In this document: positions 18,501 to 26,508 of the stretch, one piece after another | Position numbering within the stretch: position 1 is the first letter of the stretch | How the letters are laid out: the number at the start of each line of letters is the position of its first letter | Assembly: GCA_963662315.1 (NCBI GenBank) | Contig: OY759353.1 | Location: forward strand, 1,408,001-1,472,000 | DNA from: Geopsychrobacteraceae bacterium | GTDB lineage: Bacteria; Desulfobacterota; Desulfuromonadia; Desulfuromonadales; Geopsychrobacteraceae | DNA: 64,000 bases | Direction: 5' to 3' | Program-made: the position numbers and the translations under genes | The notes under the pieces: generated by a model | The model's database searches: none | The model's input: the letters and a program-made list of their open reading frames with translations, nothing else | Told to the model about the DNA's origin: nothing

Positions 18501-20839
18501 GCAGGAATCAGGTTATAGAGCTGTGTTGAGGCAGGGGTATAGAGTTTGACACGTAGCTCACGATCAAGAAAAAGCGTCGCAATATCAGAGCAGTTCAGCA
18601 GATTATTAATATCATTGTTGGCCTGGTTCAGTGCCTCAACCTTCGCTTCCAGTTCACTGTTAACCGTACTCAGCTCTTCATTCAGAGCCTGCAGTTCTTC
18701 TTTTGAGGTTTCAAGTTCTTCATTAGTCGACTGAAATTCTTCATTCATCGACATCAATTCTTCATTGGAATTTTTCAATTCATCGTTGGAATTTGCGAGT
18801 CTCGATATCGTTTCCTGAAGCTCGTCATGGGTGATCCGCAACTGCTCATCCAACTGGAAAATAATCTGATCCTTATCTCTGCCAAGATCAGTTTGTGCCT
18901 CTGACGTATCTGCCATTATCGGAGTGGGTTCCAGAATAACAACAACCAGACCTTTCAACGCAGCAGGCGCTGTCAACGGCTCGACATGAATTGACAATTG
19001 TTCCTGTTTGCCGTCAATAGTGACCAACGTATATTCATAGGTTACGTCAGCCTCTTCTTTCTGTGCCTTATGCAAAGCAGCCCGCAATGCCGGGCGAATT
19101 TCGTCCCTAGCCAGCTTAAGCAGGTTAGGGGTTGGCTCTCCTTTGGGAATCACAAGATAGCGATTAGCCTTGGTCGAGAAATAAAGAACATCATATTTTT
19201 CGTTTAGCAACATACTTGGTGGTGCATAGCGTTCCACCAGAAGCTTTTCCAAAACCGAGCCAGGCTTGATATATTTGGCCAAAGCACTGTCACTATCAAA
19301 CCGTTCAGACTGGTCATAGGTTGTGGAATCACTTGGAAAGTCAACAGACAAACGCTGATTAAGGTCTTTACGCTTGTAGATTTTCCATTTCCCGCTCAGG
19401 GCAGCAAACAACTCTGAAGAGCTACCGACAGTTTCCGATGGCCCAATAAAAAGACAACCTCCTGGGTTCAGTCCCTGATGAAACAGCGGTAGTAACTTTT
19501 TCTGAACCGTTGCATTAAGATAGATCAACACATTTCGGCACACCAGAAGATCAAGCTTAGAAAAGGGAGGATCTCGAATAAGATTATGCTGGGCGAACAC
19601 AATCATATCGCGCAGGTATTTTTTTACTTCGTACTGCCCGGATTTTCTGATGAAATGCTCGTCAAGCCGCTGTGGGCTAAGATGTTGACGTATACCAATC
19701 GAATAAAGTCCTTTACGAGCATAGTCAATGGCCCGCATATCCAGATCTGAGGCAAATATTTTGACCGGCTGAAAAATACCATGCCGCTGCATAAACTCAT
19801 AAACAAGGATGGCGACGGTATAAGCCTCTTCCCCGGTCGAACAACCTGCCAGCCAAATTCGTACCGGATTGTCTGCCCTGTGCTTATTGAAAATAACCGG
19901 CAGGACCAGTCGCTCAAGCTCAGCAAACGCTTCAGGGTCACGAAAAAAACTGGTTACACCGATCAAAACTTCCTTTGCCAGGGCTAGACTCTCATCAGTA
20001 TCAGTCTTCAGCAGCTCCAGATAATGCTGCCGGTCTCTGATACCATTGACTACCATACGCCGATAGATACGCCTGACGATGGTATTGACCTTGTAGCATT
20101 GCAGATCATTTCCCGTTGCTTCCTTAACAATACGGCAAATAGTATTCAGGTCTGCTTCTGATATTGCAGTCGAATGCTGCAGTAGCTCAGCATGTGCCCT
20201 GACCGTTGGTCCTATTGATATGAGCATTTCCGGCATTTTTTCCGCAGGCATAACGACATCAACCAGACCTGTTGCTATAGCACTTTGTGGCATTGACTGA
20301 TAACTTGCGCTGCTGTCACTTTCAGCAAGAACAATGCCCCCCTCCCCTTTAATTGCTTTTATCCCCTCGGTACCGTCGCTACCAGATCCTGAAAGAATAA
20401 TACCGATAGCATGCTCACGCAGGTCTTCCGCTAAAGAAACCAAAAAGGTATCAATAGTCTGTCTAACACCCCGAGGTTTAACCATTTCCTCCAAACTGAA
20501 GTGCTGATTAGAGATTCGCAGATCGTAATTAGCGGGAATGACATATATTTTATTTGCTTCCACAGGAGCTGATTCTTCCGCAAAAGCAACAGGCATCCGA
20601 GAATAGCGACTGATTAAATCAGGAAGAATCGTTGTCCGATCAGGATCAAGATGAACAACGACCACAAACGCCATCCCGGTATCCGGAGGAAGATTGATGA
20701 AGAATTTTTCGAGAGAAGCCAAGCCACCAGCAGAGGCCCCAAGCGCAACAACTGCATTCGGAACAACAGGTTTAACAGACCCTCTTTCCTCTTTATCGTG
20801 ATCAGGTCCGTCCGTTCCTGCACTTTCATTGTCTTTCAT
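15542..20839 (-). CDS. CheB-CheR-coiled coil-multi-PAS hybrid histidine kinase with a C-terminal receiver
   Basis: CheB GASAGG/VHL/GSDG; CheR IGVTSFFRD, AGCSTGEEAY, CRNVLIY; NEELETSKEELQ coil; several PAS domains; HNFNN H-box, FDPFFTTK, GTGIGL; REC VDD..DQTMP. Confidence 0.92.
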   Translation of the reverse strand: MKDNESAGTDGPDHDKEERGSVKPVVPNAVVALGASAGGLASLEKFFINLPPDTGMAFVVVVHLDPDRTTILPDLISRYSRMPVAFAEESAPVEANKIYVIPANYDLRISNQHFSLEEMVKPRGVRQTIDTFLVSLAEDLREHAIGIILSGSGSDGTEGIKAIKGEGGIVLAESDSSASYQSMPQSAIATGLVDVVMPAEKMPEMLISIGPTVRAHAELLQHSTAISEADLNTICRIVKEATGNDLQCYKVNTIVRRIYRRMVVNGIRDRQHYLELLKTDTDESLALAKEVLIGVTSFFRDPEAFAELERLVLPVIFNKHRADNPVRIWLAGCSTGEEAYTVAILVYEFMQRHGIFQPVKIFASDLDMRAIDYARKGLYSIGIRQHLSPQRLDEHFIRKSGQYEVKKYLRDMIVFAQHNLIRDPPFSKLDLLVCRNVLIYLNATVQKKLLPLFHQGLNPGGCLFIGPSETVGSSSELFAALSGKWKIYKRKDLNQRLSVDFPSDSTTYDQSERFDSDSALAKYIKPGSVLEKLLVERYAPPSMLLNEKYDVLYFSTKANRYLVIPKGEPTPNLLKLARDEIRPALRAALHKAQKEEADVTYEYTLVTIDGKQEQLSIHVEPLTAPAALKGLVVVILEPTPIMADTSEAQTDLGRDKDQIIFQLDEQLRITHDELQETISRLANSNDELKNSNEELMSMNEEFQSTNEELETSKEELQALNEELSTVNSELEAKVEALNQANNDINNLLNCSDIATLFLDRELRVKLYTPASTQLYNLIPADIGRPFAHLSGRISDQQLGADARKVLNTLQPVEREIVTKDHNHYLVRVLPYRTAADVIDGVVLTFTDITYRHNAERERAQLAAIVETTSDAIIGQTLDGEVTSWNEGAENLYGYMAAEMVGQNISKIIPPERRHEISVITDKIRHGEKVSRIETERWGKDRNVIPVSLSLTPIFNAVREVVACASIAHDISEERRQQQLLIESEELQRLRAEELAALMDAVPAAVFMTRDAHTTTIEANQAGQALLNLSSGDCIVDQVFDDQQTKNFKVFSGGQELRRGEFPLEKVAATGEQLSNVEEDLVFEDGSKISLFGNIVPLKNSVNEPRGALAVFLDISNRVKMERELAEHKEIMRLFIEHAPVALAMFDTDMKYLAVSQRWRCDYGLNEVVLEGVSYYQIFPDIPDEWRQAHLRGMRGEFIHSEGDRFVRADGQVQWIRWEIHPWFTGAEDVGGIILFTEDITAIKLAQEAVLRREKELEAIFNQAAVGMAKIGKDGSWQRVNGRVCDMLGYSREELEQLTFQDITYPEDLDIDLGHFRGVIAGDIETYSMEKRYVRKDKSLLWINLTVSAVRDSADGQVEFFISIIENIDQRKKAEKRHAELEAELRQKYKMEAIGIMSGGISHNFNNSLSVILGNVEMAKLRLAGQEDVGSYLDKAKLAIMRTRNLIDQVMLYSHKKSNVKTALNLNQIMDETIVFLRSILPSSIRLAYQVRNPQQQLTINASASSIQEAMLNLANNASYAMEEKGDLKIILDVATLEEEDIPVLFKDGCRPGVFARIAFQDTGCGIPVEIMDQIFDPFFTTKGLSEGTGIGLSTVMGFVKNSGGVIEVSSELGYGTQFELYFPLLGQKLLSEGVESHDIQYGKERILYVDDDESLANVNEMMLASLGYQVTATTNSLEAFALIQRNSADFELLIVDQTMPDMTGVELFSALKEKGIVLPTILCTGYSSKVSEAKAKEMGIDAFCTKPLNLAELAQIIRTVLDKST

Positions 20840-21117
20840 GTCACCCAATCCTTTGTTAGAAAAACATCACCTGCGGAACTGACAAGAATAAATTCATTAA
20901 GATTTTAACCTGATCAGAGAAGAATCTGCCAGTCATTTCCAGACAAAAATGAAGATGATCGATGACTGCCGGATTTACAGCTAACATTGGAAGGGAGCAG
21001 CGCTATTGACCACGATGGCCAGTCAAAGACACAGATAGGTAAGAAGCGTATCGAATAAAAACACCCCGGCACAAGAATTGTCCAGGGTGTTGATTGTCCA
21101 TCACCTAAAAACTGGTA

Positions 21118-21684
21118 TTAGCGGCCGCCTCCGCCTCCGCCACCAGAGCCGTTACCGCCACCACCATTTGAACCGGAGCCGTTACCGCTTTCGTGATCAG
21201 AGCCACCGTTATCACCGCCAGCGCCATTAACACCAGCGGCACCACTCATCATCTGACCGTGGTATTGAGCACGCTGTTCAGCGCTAAGATTATTCCACCG
21301 CTCCTGCAACTGCTTTTGCTGCGCTGCAGGCAGACTTTTATACTGCTGGCTGATACGCTGAAACTGCTTTTTTTGAGCCGGTGACAATTGCTGAAACTGC
21401 CGGTAACGGGCCCGTAGCTGAGCCTGTTCTTCTGCGGACAAGGCTTGCCACTGCTTGAGGCGCTGCTCCGCATGGGTTCGCTGCTCCGGAGTCATGTTCA
21501 GCCAGGCATCAGCCCCCTTGACTAATTGCTGCTGTTTTTCTGCAGCCAGACTTTGCCAGCGGTTCTCATAGCCAGAGAGAACCTGTTGCTGCTGCTGACT
21601 TAGCTGATCAAAATCAAGAGCCGCAGCAGAGCTCGCGCTTAAGATAAGCAGCAGACAAAAAAGAAGGGATCTCCATTTATTCAT
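21118..21684 (-). CDS. DUF3106-type exported protein with W/F-x-x-L-S-x-E-Q repeats and a Gly-rich tail
   Basis: Signal peptide (..ASSAAA); repeats WQSLAAEKQ, WLNMTPEQR, WQALSAEEQ, FQQLSPAQK, WNNLSAEQR; AAGGAG RBS before ATG 21684. Confidence 0.8.
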   Translation of the reverse strand: MNKWRSLLFCLLLILSASSAAALDFDQLSQQQQQVLSGYENRWQSLAAEKQQQLVKGADAWLNMTPEQRTHAEQRLKQWQALSAEEQAQLRARYRQFQQLSPAQKKQFQRISQQYKSLPAAQQKQLQERWNNLSAEQRAQYHGQMMSGAAGVNGAGGDNGGSDHESGNGSGSNGGGGNGSGGGGGGGR

Positions 21685-21931
21685 CAGCAGCTGGCTCCTT
21701 TTCATCCTTATCACCTTTGACGACCAATTTTTCCAAAGACTGTTGCCCCTGATGCAAAAAATCCAGCGGATTAACCAAGCCAACATCGTCATCCCTGAAC
21801 TCCCCCAGAAACTCGATCATCCCGGTACTCGGCACTGAAGTATCGGCGGTTCCATTCTGGGCTGCGGCCAATAGCGGGGAGGTCAGAATCAATCCCATGA
21901 CCATAGTAAGAACTGGTCGGCGTATTTTCAT
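21677..21931 (-). CDS. Small exported protein of the ECF operon (IEFLGEF motif)
   Basis: GAGGA RBS, ATG 21931, signal peptide MKIRRPVLTMVMGLILTSPLLAAA; stop overlaps the next start. Confidence 0.65.
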   Translation of the reverse strand: MKIRRPVLTMVMGLILTSPLLAAAQNGTADTSVPSTGMIEFLGEFRDDDVGLVNPLDFLHQGQQSLEKLVVKGDKDEKEPAADE

Positions 21932-22262
21932 TTTGTATTTCCTCTGAAAGCCATTGATAAAATTCCATGTCATGCTGAAAAAAATCAAGAGCATCGGGCT
22001 CACCAACAATCTCCAGAGTAACGAGATCAACACCTTTTACTGCGGACTGTTGAGGCCAGCTAACAAATGTAATCACTGCGATAATAGCCGCTACGGCCAC
22101 GCTGGACCAGCGATAAAATGATTGAGCTGTTTTTGCTGGGGCATCCAGGGCCCGGTATTTCAAGGCTGCAAGCCGTTGTTCCACCTTACTGTCCATAGCC
22201 TGCACTGACTGCCCTAAAACCTTACGCACATCAGTTGTAAATTTATCATTGTTGTCGTTCAT
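21789..22262 (-). CDS. Probable anti-sigma factor (DUF3619-like, single TM)
   Basis: ATGA overlap with the sigma gene; RLAALKYRAL cytoplasmic motif, TM helix, DMEFYQWL periplasmic motif. Confidence 0.7.
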   Translation of the reverse strand: MNDNNDKFTTDVRKVLGQSVQAMDSKVEQRLAALKYRALDAPAKTAQSFYRWSSVAVAAIIAVITFVSWPQQSAVKGVDLVTLEIVGEPDALDFFQHDMEFYQWLSEEIQNENTPTSSYYGHGIDSDLPAIGRSPEWNRRYFSAEYRDDRVSGGVQG

Positions 22263-22810
22263 GGCCAATCATCTCCAAGTATTTTGCGCAACTGTTCATT
22301 CGCCCTGGAAAAATGGGTTTTTACCGTACCTTCCGTACACCCCATAATGCGTGCGGTTTCCTGAACGCTCAGTTCTTCCCAGGCCCGCAACAGAAAAACC
22401 TGGCGTTGCTTAATGGACAATGTATTGAGCGCCGCTTCCAATTGGGAAAACGATTGTTTCTGCTTTAAGGAAGCTTCCGGACTTATGGCCCCTTCATCAG
22501 CAAAATGCTCAACTGGATCGCTATCATCGTCATCGCTATCCGCAGAGAACCAGCTACGCCACCGATTCCGTACCTTTTCCCGCCGGTAGAAATCCCGTAT
22601 CTTGTTCTGAAGAACCCGATAAAATAGAACTTTCCACTCTTCTTGCGGCTTATTTGTATATTTTCCAACAAAACTACACATGGCTTCCTGCACCAGATCA
22701 AGAGCATCATCCTGATGATGACAGGCAAACATAGCCATGCGGTAGGCCTGCCGTTCAATAGAACTTAGAAAATCTTCCATGCTGGCAAATTGTCCTGAAG
22801 AAGTCGTCAC
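22259..22810 (-). CDS. ECF RNA polymerase sigma factor
   Basis: DDALDLVQEAM (region 2), RQVFLLRAWEELSVQETARIMGCTEGTVKTHFSRA (region 4.2). Confidence 0.93.
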   Translation of the reverse strand: MTTSSGQFASMEDFLSSIERQAYRMAMFACHHQDDALDLVQEAMCSFVGKYTNKPQEEWKVLFYRVLQNKIRDFYRREKVRNRWRSWFSADSDDDDSDPVEHFADEGAISPEASLKQKQSFSQLEAALNTLSIKQRQVFLLRAWEELSVQETARIMGCTEGTVKTHFSRANEQLRKILGDDWP

Positions 22811-22848
22811 ATGATCCTACCTACATACGAGTATCTCGTATAAAGAAA

Positions 22849-22874
22849 AACGCATGAGCCTGGCGATGGTTGAC
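22849..22874 (-). promoter_or_regulatory. ECF-type autoregulatory promoter GTCAACC-N14-GCGTT
   Basis: AAC-containing -35 and CGT-containing -10 upstream of the sigma gene; same motif and spacing at 61882-61907. Confidence 0.7.
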
Positions 22875-22999
22875 ACTCATTCAAAAAAGATTACTACAAT
22901 TTTCAATTACGGGGCGCTGGCAAACACATTTACCTGAAGTGTGACAACATATTTCATGACAATGGAATCACAAAAAAACTTTCGAAACCAACGACGAAA

Positions 23000-23047
23000 A
23001 ACAACAATAAAAAAGGCCCCCAGATGGTGGCCTTTTTTATTGTTGTT
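23000..23047 (-). terminator. Intrinsic terminator of dfx
   Basis: AACAACAATAAAAAAGGCC ... GGCCTTTTTTATTGTTGTT inverted repeat. Confidence 0.8.
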
Positions 23048-23068
23048 AAATAAGAAATTTCTTCAACC

Positions 23069-23449
23069 TTATGCTTTAGCAGCCCAGTGACCATGAAGGT
23101 TACAGTATTCACGTGCCGTAATATTTTTTGCGGTCACATTGAAAGTCGCTTCCGGGGCTTCCCCAGGCTTGAGGTATTTCCGGTAAATAGCCTCATCAGC
23201 AATCAGCTCAATCCACTCAATATAATGAGCGTCTTCCATGGGGTGAGTTACGGAGCCAACTTTAACACTGATGACACCATCACCAACGGTAATTACCGGG
23301 ACATGTTTTTCAGTGGCAGCATCTACAGTATTTTCTTCCAGCTGGGCCATATTTTTTCCACAGCAAACCAGCGCACCTCCACCAGCATGGGCAACTTCAA
23401 CGATATTTCCACAAACCTCACATTTGTAAACGTCATAACGCTTAGCCAT
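23069..23449 (-). CDS. dfx: Desulfoferrodoxin (class I superoxide reductase)
   Basis: [43 protein letters not shown]. Confidence 0.97.
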   Translation of the reverse strand: MAKRYDVYKCEVCGNIVEVAHAGGGALVCCGKNMAQLEENTVDAATEKHVPVITVGDGVISVKVGSVTHPMEDAHYIEWIELIADEAIYRKYLKPGEAPEATFNVTAKNITAREYCNLHGHWAAKA

Positions 23450-23644
23450 TAGGATCTCCTTTAATATAATAATTGTTTAGCCCGGCCCCTCAATTTAACT
23501 TATCAGGTTTTGCAGCTCTCGCCCGGCGAAAGAGGCACAAAAACATACCGCGAAATAATAACACTTTTATGGTCATATTTCACTACCTCTGCAATAATAT
23601 TTTTTACTTACGTCTTCAGATATTTTTTACTATAATGCGTGAAA

Positions 23645-23826
23645 AGACTCTCTGCCCTTCAAGTGAGGTCAGAACGTCCACTCGGAATACTATAAAATCC
23701 GGGGCCAACTTAGAGGTCCGGTGTGCCTGCCCATCTTTGAATGGGACGCCTGAAAGACCTACAGACGGCCCCACCTCATTGGAACTCGATGTGAGTCCAA
23801 TGGCCCACGGTAGTGGTGGAGAGTCT
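23645..23826 (+). ncRNA. ssrS: 6S RNA-like rod-shaped RNA (about 180 nt)
   Basis: Closing stem AGACTCTC/GAGAGTCT; nested pairings GGGGCC/GGCCCC, AGGTC/GACCT, GGTGT/ACGCC, CCCAT/ATGGG around an A-rich central bubble; TATAAT at 23631-23636; terminator follows. Confidence 0.75.
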
Positions 23827-23841
23827 CGTATTTCTAAAGTC

Positions 23842-23872
23842 AGGGCACGGTGACAACCGTTGCCCTTTTTTT
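23842..23872 (+). terminator. Intrinsic terminator after the 6S-like RNA
   Basis: AGGGCACGGT-gaca-ACCGTTGCCCT followed by a T-tract. Confidence 0.8.
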
Positions 23873-24035
23873 GTTCCACGGCTTCCAAAGCAAACACAAT
23901 CACGGCACCAACAGCAACAAGACACCGGGAACCAGGTCAGCAGCATAGCATTTTTCGTTATGGCTCCCTGCTACAGCATATGTTAAATTCTGACTCCATC
24001 GTTTTTATATTTAATGGATCCAACTGGAGGATATC

Positions 24036-25217
24036 TTGACATCTACGGCGACAACTGAGGACACCACCTACCTTACGGTTGATGATAAAGAAGTCATACT
24101 GATCGGTACCGCACATATTTCACAGGAATCTGTCGATACAGTTATCCGGGCTATTGATGAAATCGCTCCCGATACTGTTTGCGTCGAGCTCGATTCACAG
24201 CGCTACCAGGCCCTTATCAACAAACAGGGGTGGGAAGCACTGAATATCAAGGATGTTATCAAGAAAAAACAGCTCCCCTTCCTGTTGGCCAACCTGGCCC
24301 TGTCCAGCTACCAAAAACGTATGGGGTTGCAGACCGGTGTAAAGCCGGGCGCCGAACTGGCGGCTGCAGCACAATGTGCCGAAGAAAAAGGGATGGAGCT
24401 CGAACTGATCGATCGCAATATTCGCACAACTCTGCTGCGGGTATGGCGCAAAACCGGAATGTGGAATAAAATGAAGGTTCTGGCATCACTGATAGCCGGC
24501 ATCTTTGAAAAGCAGGAATTGACAGAGGCGGAACTGAGCAAGTTAAGACAGAGCGATACTCTTTCCAGCATGCTGGATGAAATGGGCGATCTGCTCCCGT
24601 CAGTGAAGAAAATTCTGGTTGATGAACGCGATGTCCATATGGCTTATCATATTCGTAATGCTCCCGGGCAAAAAGTCCTGGCCGTTGTCGGAGCTGCACA
24701 CCTTCCCGGCATCACCAGACATCTGCAGGGACCGGAAATCAGTGCCTCTACAATTGCGGAAATTTCTGTCATTCCAGAGAAAACGACATTGTCCAAAGCG
24801 ATCCCATGGCTGATTCCGGGAATTGTCATTGCATTATTTATCGGGGGATTTTTTTTCGGTAATCGCGATCAATTAACGCACGTCGCCGTGGCCTGGGTTC
24901 TGGCTAACGGCCTGCTCTCGGCCTTGGGGACTGCATTGGCATACGGTCATCCAATTACCATAATAAGTGCTTTTATTGCCGCGCCGATTACCTCACTGAA
25001 CCCGACGATCGGCGCCGGTTTTGTCACCGGTTTCGTCCAGGCGCTGACAACCCCCCCGACAGTCCGCGATATGGAACATGTCGGGGAGGATCTGGTCACC
25101 ATTAAAGGCTGGTGGCGCAACCGTCTGGCCCGTGTCCTGCTGGTTTTTCTCTTTTCGTCCATCGGCTCCTCCATAGGAACCTTTGTTGCGTTGGGCTGGC
25201 TGCAAAAACTTTTTTAG
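24036..25217 (+). CDS. TraB/PrgY/GumN family membrane protein
   Basis: IGTAHIS..S, VCVELD..RY, KPGAEL, IDRNIRTTLLR, LVDERD, AVVGAAH, APITSLNP; TTG start after GGAGG. Confidence 0.92.
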   Translation: MTSTATTEDTTYLTVDDKEVILIGTAHISQESVDTVIRAIDEIAPDTVCVELDSQRYQALINKQGWEALNIKDVIKKKQLPFLLANLALSSYQKRMGLQTGVKPGAELAAAAQCAEEKGMELELIDRNIRTTLLRVWRKTGMWNKMKVLASLIAGIFEKQELTEAELSKLRQSDTLSSMLDEMGDLLPSVKKILVDERDVHMAYHIRNAPGQKVLAVVGAAHLPGITRHLQGPEISASTIAEISVIPEKTTLSKAIPWLIPGIVIALFIGGFFFGNRDQLTHVAVAWVLANGLLSALGTALAYGHPITIISAFIAAPITSLNPTIGAGFVTGFVQALTTPPTVRDMEHVGEDLVTIKGWWRNRLARVLLVFLFSSIGSSIGTFVALGWLQKLF

Positions 25218-25253
25218 AACCAAACATAGCATTAATTTACAGGAGAATTTGTT

Positions 25254-25991
25254 GTGACAGCTTACCGCCAATCCGGTAATTTTTTTCGAATGAACAGCCT
25301 GCGTGGCAGCTCACTTGTACAGATACTGATATATGCCAACCTGGTGATGTTCACTCTGATGGTTCTGCACGGCACTATCCTGGGGCTTGGGATGAAAGCC
25401 ATACTCAGCCCGCCATCACAACTCATGGTGCACTGGGGAGGGCAGTACTGGCCACTGGTCCTGGAATTAAACCAGTGGTGGCGCTGCATCACCTACGCAT
25501 TTACCCACGGGGGTATCATTCACCTGGGTTTTAACATGATGGTTCTTTATCAGGTCGGCCCGCTATTGGAAGCAGAAATCGGCTGGCAACGATTGTTCAC
25601 CGTTTACATATTTAGTACCATCATGGCAACGGTTGCCGGTTTCTTCTGGCATCCGGTTGCGGTTGTTATTGGTGCTTCCGGTGCCATTTTCGGCCTGATC
25701 GGTTTCTCCGTCAGTTTTTACCACCGAATTGGCGGGGCTCTGGGCATCCAGAGGCGTAATTTTATGTTTCAGTGGGCCGTCATGGCATTTATCTTTGGGA
25801 TTGTTATTGGTGCGGACAATGCGGCTCACTTAGGTGGGGCTCTGGCTGGTGCTTTATTGGGATGGATTATGCCCATCGGCGTCCGTCTCCAGCGGCAGAC
25901 AGACACCCTATTCAAAGGGATTGCCTATGCGGGCATTGGCCTGACCGTCATCAGTCTTATTTTTATTCCTCTTTCCTGGTTCTTGAAGTGA
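25254..25991 (+). CDS. Rhomboid family intramembrane serine protease
   Basis: WWR..FTHGGIIHLGFNM, catalytic GASG, AHLGG. Confidence 0.92.
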   Translation: MTAYRQSGNFFRMNSLRGSSLVQILIYANLVMFTLMVLHGTILGLGMKAILSPPSQLMVHWGGQYWPLVLELNQWWRCITYAFTHGGIIHLGFNMMVLYQVGPLLEAEIGWQRLFTVYIFSTIMATVAGFFWHPVAVVIGASGAIFGLIGFSVSFYHRIGGALGIQRRNFMFQWAVMAFIFGIVIGADNAAHLGGALAGALLGWIMPIGVRLQRQTDTLFKGIAYAGIGLTVISLIFIPLSWFLK

Positions 25992-26000
25992 TTGAGAGTT

Positions 26001-26483
26001 ATGGCACGCGAAAAAATTCCCGGAACACCGGCAATCAGATTGCTTAAGCAGCACAAAGTAGAGTTTACCCCCTGTTTTTATAAATACGAAGATAAAGGGG
26101 GTACCCGCGTCAGCGCCCGTGAACTGGGGGTTGAAGAACATCAGGTCATCAAAACCCTGATTATGGAAAACGAAAACAAGGACGCCCTGATTATTTTGAT
26201 GCATGGGGATTGCGAAGTTTCACTAAAGCATCTGGCCAGACAGCTTGAGGTGAAACAAATTACTCCCTGTACTCATGACAAAGCAGATCGTCTGACAGGC
26301 TATCAGACCGGTGGCATTTCCCCTTTCGGGACTAAGCAGGCGTTACCGGTTTACATGGAAGAATCGATTGGCAGTCTGGACAAAATCTATATTAATGGTG
26401 GGAAGCGGGGCTTGCTGGTGGAAATAACTCCTGATGACTTGATCAAAGTCCTGAATCCACAAAAAGTCTCCGTCGCCATTTAG
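26001..26483 (+). CDS. ybaK: Cys-tRNA(Pro) deacylase
   Basis: TPAIRLL, VIKTLI, TGYQTGGISPFG, INGGKRG. Confidence 0.9.
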   Translation: MAREKIPGTPAIRLLKQHKVEFTPCFYKYEDKGGTRVSARELGVEEHQVIKTLIMENENKDALIILMHGDCEVSLKHLARQLEVKQITPCTHDKADRLTGYQTGGISPFGTKQALPVYMEESIGSLDKIYINGGKRGLLVEITPDDLIKVLNPQKVSVAI

Positions 26484-26508
26484 TTTTTTTTTTGCATCAG
26501 AGATCATT

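Noticed and set aside
15542..22874. Genomic island around the CheBR kinase and ECF operon
   Set aside because: It looks somewhat AT-richer by eye, but I saw no integrase, tRNA or flanking direct repeats, and composition was not computed
23473..23903. ORFs 23473-23853 (+) and 23616-23903 (-)
   Set aside because: No RBS or protein motif; they overlap the 6S-like RNA, its promoter and its terminator
24036..25217. TraB as a sign of a conjugative element
   Set aside because: It belongs to the TraB/PrgY/GumN family; no relaxase, T4SS or integrase is nearby
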